Source: a bacterium (GTDB taxonomy: Bacteria > UBA10199 > 2-02-FULL-50-16 > JAJFLM01). From it: DNA of 64,000 nt. The position numbers were made by a program, and so were the translations under genes. This document shows, piece after piece, positions 57,645 through 64,000 of the stretch (position 1 is the first letter of the stretch; each line of letters begins with the position of its first letter). The notes under the pieces are model-generated. The model was not told where the DNA came from and did not search any database. It was given only the letters and a program-made list of their open reading frames with translations. The DNA is taken from positions 256,001 to 320,000 of the forward strand of contig CBDCFN010000015.1 of NCBI GenBank assembly GCA_965216315.1. Reading direction: 5' to 3'.

Positions 57645-58217
57645 TTATCCTCCCAATTCGAATCTAGTGATGGTGCTATATCGCGCCCCCTCCCTTGTCA
57701 ACTCGCTCTTAAATAAGGTCACGGCCTCTAAAGGGAACTCACCGAAATGTTTATCGTTCCCGAGCTTTAAAAAATGTTCGAGGCCACGGGGTCGCTGATT
57801 TTTGCGGACCCGCGCAATCGTGATGTGGGGAAAAAACTTTTGCCGGAGCGCTTGTTGATCGACCGGCAAATCGCGCAACGCCTCGCTTAATTCACGATGC
57901 AAGCGGGTGAGGGTCTGGCCGTCACCTTGAATCCCCGCCCAGAGGATGCGCGGATGCCGCAGGCTCTTGAAGATCCCGACACCCCCGACCTCTAAGCGAC
58001 TCGGTGGAATCTGTTGGGCAATCGCCTGGGCCCGTTGCTCAATCAGCCCCAACACCTCGGCGTCAATCTCGCCCAGAAATTGGAGGGTCACGTGCATTTG
58101 AGCGGCGGGCACCCAGCGCACCCCATTCAGGTTCGGCTCCATCGCCCGGGTCCACAGGTCCAAATTAGCGCGCAGCGCGTCTGCGAGGGAAATTCCTAAA
58201 AAAGTCCGTAATTTCAT
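57645..58217 (-). CDS. thpR: RNA 2',3'-cyclic phosphodiesterase (2H family)
   Basis: HVTL and PHITIAR motifs; next to recA. Confidence 0.92.
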   Translation of the reverse strand: MKLRTFLGISLADALRANLDLWTRAMEPNLNGVRWVPAAQMHVTLQFLGEIDAEVLGLIEQRAQAIAQQIPPSRLEVGGVGIFKSLRHPRILWAGIQGDGQTLTRLHRELSEALRDLPVDQQALRQKFFPHITIARVRKNQRPRGLEHFLKLGNDKHFGEFPLEAVTLFKSELTREGARYSTITRFELGG

Positions 58218-58281
58218 AGCCTTAACTATGCTAAAGCCTCGGGGATCTCCTCGCAACTAAATTCCGCGCTTGACCGATAAA

Positions 58282-58306
58282 GATAATGAATATAATTATC
58301 ATTATT
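58282..58306. promoter_or_regulatory. Fur box (two overlapping matches)
   Basis: GATAATGAATATAATTATC, 16/19 to GATAATGATAATCATTATC; second match 14/19, offset 6; upstream of bfd. Confidence 0.75.
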
Positions 58307-58326
58307 AGGAAGGATGAAATCCGCCC

Positions 58327-58551
58327 ATGATCGTCTGTCTGTGTGAAGGCATCCGCGAAAGTGACATTAAAGAGGCCGTGAAGTCCGGGGCCACGGAACT
58401 ACGTGAACTCGGTCGTCATTGCGGCGCGGGCAGCGGCTGTGGTTCCTGCCATGCCGAACTCTCGATGCTGATCCAAAGCTATTCGAAAAAAGCCGCTCAC
58501 AGCGAGCCCGCACTCCCGACCGTCTCTACTCCCCACCGCAAGTCTGAGTAA
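58327..58551 (+). CDS. bfd: Bacterioferritin-associated ferredoxin
   Basis: MIVCLC...GAGSGCGSC; upstream of bfr. Confidence 0.92.
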   Translation: MIVCLCEGIRESDIKEAVKSGATELRELGRHCGAGSGCGSCHAELSMLIQSYSKKAAHSEPALPTVSTPHRKSE

Positions 58552-58604
58552 ATTAGTACGAATTGCTTGAATCTTTAGCACGATAAGCCTATCGTGCTTC
58601 AATA

Positions 58605-59084
58605 ATGGCACCACGCGTTCCCCAAGCAATCATCGACGTCCTCAACGAAGTCCTCTGTGCTGAACTCACCGCAATTAATCAGTATTTTTTGCACGCCGAA
58701 ATGTGCGCCGACTGGGGCTATAAGAAGCTCCATCAATTCACCCGCAAGGAATCGATTGAAGAGATGAAGCACGCCGAAGAAGTCATCGAGCGCATCCTCT
58801 ATCTCAAAGGGATTCCCAACGTGCAGAAGCTGGGAAACATCAAGATCGGTGAGACGGTCCCGGAACAATTCGAATCCGATCTCGCTCTGGAAAAGATTGC
58901 GGTCGACCGTCTCAACAAGGGTATCGCGACCTGCCGCGAAGCCGGCGATAACGGCACGCGGACCTTACTCGAAGAAATTCTTGAAGACGAAGAAGAGCAC
59001 CTCGACTGGCTCGAGACCCAGTTAGATCTGATCGAATCCGTTGGTGTTGAGAACTACCTCGCTGAGCAGCTCAAAGACGAATAA
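58605..59084 (+). CDS. bfr: Bacterioferritin
   Basis: ELTAINQYFLH, ESIEEMKHA, EEEHLDWLE. Confidence 0.97.
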   Translation: MAPRVPQAIIDVLNEVLCAELTAINQYFLHAEMCADWGYKKLHQFTRKESIEEMKHAEEVIERILYLKGIPNVQKLGNIKIGETVPEQFESDLALEKIAVDRLNKGIATCREAGDNGTRTLLEEILEDEEEHLDWLETQLDLIESVGVENYLAEQLKDE

Positions 59085-59090
59085 CTAATA

Positions 59091-59516
59091 CTAGACCAGC
59101 GCCCGGCTTTCGTTCCAATCAATGAGCATTTGAATCCCATAGATCAGATCGTCGAGAAGCCCTTCCCAAGACAACGTTCCACATTCACGGCGATATATAG
59201 ATTCTCGTGCTTGAACAAATTGTTCCAGCTCATCGCTGGTTTTCATTCCTAACGTATCCTTGAGCTCTTGTAGTTGATTCCGCGGCGACATCAGTCCACA
59301 ATCCAAATAACTGACATACTCCCGAATAGACGTGGTATTGTGAAACACATCGATCGGCACGTACGTCTGCCCATTAACCATCTGCAACGGCTCGTCGCCC
59401 TCAACAGCAACACACACCCACACCCGGTCTTCCATATCAAGAATACCGTTTGCGTTGCTATCAACAGGCCACACGAGCGACCCCTGCTGAGCACACAATT
59501 CAAGTTTTGGATCCAT
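59091..59516 (-). CDS. Hypothetical protein with EF-hand-like DxNxNG loop
   Basis: AGGAG RBS; DSNANGILDMED. Confidence 0.6.
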   Translation of the reverse strand: MDPKLELCAQQGSLVWPVDSNANGILDMEDRVWVCVAVEGDEPLQMVNGQTYVPIDVFHNTTSIREYVSYLDCGLMSPRNQLQELKDTLGMKTSDELEQFVQARESIYRRECGTLSWEGLLDDLIYGIQMLIDWNESRALV

Positions 59517-59538
59517 GAGTACTATCTCCTCTGAGCTT

Positions 59539-59564
59539 TATCGTTCAACCGCTACGTGGGTTGT
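59539..59564 (-). promoter_or_regulatory. Candidate promoter ACAAC-N15-ACGATA
   Basis: Minus strand, just upstream of the RBS of 59091-59516. Confidence 0.5.
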
Positions 59565-59614
59565 GTACAAACGGAAATAAATGCTTTCTGGAGTAAACAG
59601 CAGATAGGAAATGC

Positions 59615-60847
59615 CTAGCAAACCGTGAGGACACGGCGGAGCTTGTGCAACGCCGCGTGGGTCGTCGTAACCTTGAAGTAATGACGGCCGTAGGGGAAGT
59701 GATACTCCTTCACCTTCACTTCATCGGGTGTCGCCACGGCGATGAAGACCGTACCGACGGGTTTCTGCTCGGTCCCGCCGTCGGGCCCCGCAATACCGGT
59801 GACGGCGATCCCGTAAGTCGTGCCCGCGCGTTCGCGCAGTCCTTGCGCCATTTCGGTCGCGACCTCGGCACTGACCGCACCGAATTTCTCTAAGGTCTCG
59901 GCCTGGACCCCGAGCAGTTGTTGCTTGGCCTCGTTGGCATAGGTCACGAGCCCTTGCACGAAGTATTTGGAACTCCCCGGCACGTCCGTGACCGTGCTCG
60001 CGATCATCCCACCGGTACAGGACTCGGCGACCGCCAGGGTCTCCCCGCGCTCCGTCAAGTGATGTCCGACCACGGCCTCGACCGTATCATCATCGGTCGC
60101 ATAGATAAAACGGCCGATGCGTTCGCGGATGAAGGTTTCGGCCTGCTGCATGGCCTCGGTGACGTGGTCGTCCGCGTCGTGCCAGCAGGCGATCTTGATC
60201 AGGATCTCGGGAAACTTGATGCGATAACTCAAGCGAACCTTTGCAAAGTCAAACTCCTTGAGGGCCTCTTGCAGATTGGCCTCGGGGGCACCGAAGCAGC
60301 GAAAGATCCTTTGCTCGAAGGACTTGGGTTTTTCGTCCAGACTCTGCAAAAAGGGCCAAACGTCACGCTCCCATTGTTCGTGCATCTCCGACGGCACCCC
60401 AACGAGGAAGATAAAGTGGGTGCCCTGCTCCTCCATCCGACAACCGGGCGCCGTCCCTTTAAGGTTAGGGAACATCACGCTCCCTTCCGGGTGCAGGGCC
60501 TGCTTGGCCTGAGAGGCATTCATCTCCCGCCCAATGACTTTGAGTTGTTCTTCAATCGCGTGGAGGGCCGCGTCGTCCTGAATGAGGGGGCGTTGAAACG
60601 TTTCGGCGGCCACTTCGAGCGTTCGATCGTCACTCGTCGGTCCGAGCCCGCCGGTGACAACAACGATGTCCGAGCGCAAGGCTTCCCGGAAGGCTGCGCT
60701 CATGTCTTCAGGTTTGTCGAGGGTGGTCACGTGATGGTGGACATCGTAACCGGCATTCCAGAGTCTTGTGGTCAGCCACTGAAAGTTGGTGTCCAGGACG
60801 TCGCCGGACATTAACTCATCGCCGATCGTGATGATTTCTGCTTTCAT
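59615..60847 (-). CDS. cinA: Competence/damage-inducible protein A (NMN deamidase fusion)
   Basis: IGDELMSG..DTN, GGLGPTSDD, AESCTGG, TGIAGPDGG. Confidence 0.95.
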   Translation of the reverse strand: MKAEIITIGDELMSGDVLDTNFQWLTTRLWNAGYDVHHHVTTLDKPEDMSAAFREALRSDIVVVTGGLGPTSDDRTLEVAAETFQRPLIQDDAALHAIEEQLKVIGREMNASQAKQALHPEGSVMFPNLKGTAPGCRMEEQGTHFIFLVGVPSEMHEQWERDVWPFLQSLDEKPKSFEQRIFRCFGAPEANLQEALKEFDFAKVRLSYRIKFPEILIKIACWHDADDHVTEAMQQAETFIRERIGRFIYATDDDTVEAVVGHHLTERGETLAVAESCTGGMIASTVTDVPGSSKYFVQGLVTYANEAKQQLLGVQAETLEKFGAVSAEVATEMAQGLRERAGTTYGIAVTGIAGPDGGTEQKPVGTVFIAVATPDEVKVKEYHFPYGRHYFKVTTTHAALHKLRRVLTVC

Positions 60848-60856
60848 AGTATTTGG

Positions 60857-60938
60857 TTCCCTCCCCTTACAAAGGGGAGGGCTAGGGAGAGGTCTTTCAA
60901 TGACCTCCCCTTAATCCCCTCCTTTGTAAGGAGGGGAG
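60857..60938. repeat. Family A multi-hairpin element between pgpA and cinA
   Basis: ttccctccccttacaaaggggaggg...tcccctcctttgtaaggagggga. Confidence 0.9.
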
Positions 60939-60939
60939 A

Positions 60940-61401
60940 TCAATTTGCATACATATACCAAAGCGAGAGCCCGATCTGCAGTACGATATTTGCGAAGGCC
61001 CCCGCCACGACATCATCGATGACAACGCCCCAGCCCCCTTTGAGGCGCTGGCTCTGATAGATCGGCGGCGGCTTGGTAATATCAAAGAGGCGAAACAGAA
61101 TAAACCCGGCCAGCGCCGTCATCCAATTGAAGGGGATCGCGATAAAGGTCACGACCATGCCCGCGATCTCGTCGATCACGATCTTCTGACAATCCTTCTC
61201 GCCGAAGACGCCTTCCGCCTGGGCCGAGACCCAGATCGAGAACAGAATAAACGCGAAGGCGAAAACCAGATACTGCAGTATCGTCAACGACTGCACGGCC
61301 CAGATCAACGGCAGGGCCAAGGTCGAGCCGAAGGTCCCGGGCCCCAGCGGGCTATACCCGAGGCCGAGGCCGGTTGCCAATGTCTTAATGAGTATTTTCA
61401 T
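60940..61401 (-). CDS. pgpA: Phosphatidylglycerophosphatase A
   Basis: PGTFGS, IVIDEIAG, FRLFDITKP, GVVIDDVVAG. Confidence 0.95.
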   Translation of the reverse strand: MKILIKTLATGLGLGYSPLGPGTFGSTLALPLIWAVQSLTILQYLVFAFAFILFSIWVSAQAEGVFGEKDCQKIVIDEIAGMVVTFIAIPFNWMTALAGFILFRLFDITKPPPIYQSQRLKGGWGVVIDDVVAGAFANIVLQIGLSLWYMYAN

Positions 61402-62524
61402 GGATCTAACATCACCATATCATCGCGGTGAATCACTTCATCCGCGTAACGATAGCCCAAGATCTTCTCGATCTCGCTCGACTTACACCCCTTGATCTTG
61501 TCGAGCTCGGCGGCGCTGTAAGCGACGAGGCCACGGGCGAGGACCTTGCCGCGGCTCGTGACGATATCGACCGGATCACCGATCTTAAAAGCCCCTTCCA
61601 CTTGCTTGATCCCCGAGGCCAAGAGTGACTTGCGGCCTTTCACGACCGCATCGGCGGCCCCACGGTCCAACACGATCTTGCCGGCCGCCTTGAGCGTAAA
61701 GCCAATCCAGTGTTTGCGCGCCTTGAGGCCCTGTTCGCTGGGCAGAAAGAGCGTCCCGATATCCTCGCCCTTGATCGCCTTCAAGGGCGCCTTGGCGTCG
61801 TTCCCGTCGGCAATGATCGTCGGAATGCCGGAACGTCCGGCTATGCGCGCCGCCTCGATCTTAGTCGTCATGCCCCCGACGCGCGTCTCCCACGATGACC
61901 CCTGTGCCATGGCCTGGGTCTTGGTATCGATGTCTTTCACGACGTGGACGCGCTCGGCCGCTGGGTCATGGCGGGGATCGCCGGTGTGCAGCCCGTCGCA
62001 ATCCGTCAACAAGAGGAGCAGGTCCGCCTCAATCAAACTCGCGACGACCGCGGCCAGGGTATCGTTATCACCGACCTTGATCTCATCGACAGAGACCGTA
62101 TCGTTCTCGTTGACGATAGGCACGACCCCGCGCCGGAGCAACTCGCCCAAGGTATGTTTGGTATTGATGTAGCGCTTCCGGTTCTGCAGATCCTCTTGCG
62201 TCAGTAAGACCTGTGCCGTGTGCAGGCCATGACGCGCGAAAATCTTTTCGTAGGTTTGCACAAGACTCGCCTGGCCGCTCGCCGCACAGGCCTGCAGTTC
62301 GGCGATAGCATGGGGCCGCTTTTTAAAGCCGAGCTTCTTCATCCCACAGGCAATCGAACCGGAGGAGACGAGGACGAGCTGTAACTTCTCCCGCTCGCGC
62401 AGCTGCACGAAGGTACGCGCCAGGCCCTTGAAGACCTTGTCTTGGAGCCCGCCCTCCGGATCGGCGAGTACGCTCGAACCGATCTTGATGACGATGCGCT
62501 TGAGTTTTTTAAGATTTCTTTTCA

Positions 62525-62525
<1 letters not shown>
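61398..62525 (-). CDS. proB: Glutamate 5-kinase with PUA domain
   Basis: VIKIGSS, VSSGSI, NENDTV, GDNDTLA, GGMTTK. Confidence 0.97.
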
Positions 62526-63732
<1,207 letters not shown>

Positions 63733-63759
63733 ACCAAATAAATTAATTTATTAAGGAGA

Positions 63760-64000
63760 TTAAGCCGATCTGACGTGGACCTTCGTATTGCCCTTGCCGA
63801 ACTTCTGAAATTCGACCTGACCGTCGACCTTGGAAAAGAGCGTATTATCGCCACCCATGCCGACATTTTCACCGGCCTTGAAGGGGGTGCCCCGTTGACG
63901 CAAGATAATTCCGCCGGCGCGGATCGCCTGACCGCCGTAGACTTTGATGCCAAGCCGTTGCGCGTTACTGTCGCGCCCGTTTTTTGAGGATCCACCTGCC
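63760..64000 (-). CDS. rpmA: 50S ribosomal protein L27, 5' truncated (not in ORF track)
   Basis: Manual translation [19 protein letters not shown]...GIILRQRGT...[10 protein letters not shown]...VRSA*; rpmA-obgE-proB synteny. Confidence 0.96.
   Translation of the reverse strand, partial: AGGSSKNGRDSNAQRLGIKVYGGQAIRAGGIILRQRGTPFKAGENVGMGGDNTLFSKVDGQVEFQKFGKGNTKVHVRSA

Noticed and set aside
59918..60814. Long antisense ORFs (here, and e.g. 1627-2458, 31699-32825, 62943-63644)
   Set aside because: Shadow frames of well-conserved genes with no recognisable motifs.

Overview
About 64 kb of a bacterial chromosome that looks deltaproteobacterial-type (inferred from the order rpsF-rpsR-DUF2232-rplI-dnaB, MYXO-CTERM-like tails, DUF1844 and a kinase-fused sigma54 activator). 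The backbone is housekeeping: rsmA, tsaD, thiE/thiD, pabB/C, rdgB, dnaB, ribosomal proteins, pth, prs, tRNA-Gln, ispE, clpB, degP, rpoH, bamD, alaS, recA, bfd/bfr, cinA, pgpA, proB, obgE, rpmA. Orphan genes are interspersed. Main unexplained signals: (1) a giant Ser/Thr-kinase-NTPase-TPR-GAF-sigma54 activator, divergent from a consensus sigma54 promoter that precedes three related long hairpins (CACCC motif) and a catalytic-domain-less transposase-type HTH gene, with matching palindromes downstream; (2) a recurrent RCAAC-N15-CCGATA promoter-like motif in front of most orphan genes, many lacking signal peptides; (3) palindromic repeats inserted in-frame in conserved genes, and a 93/94-bp inverted repeat around obgE; (4) three operator-like palindromes upstream of a mobile-mystery A/B pair. 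No CRISPR, rRNA, prophage or intact IS was seen. All calls are by eye; no database search was run.
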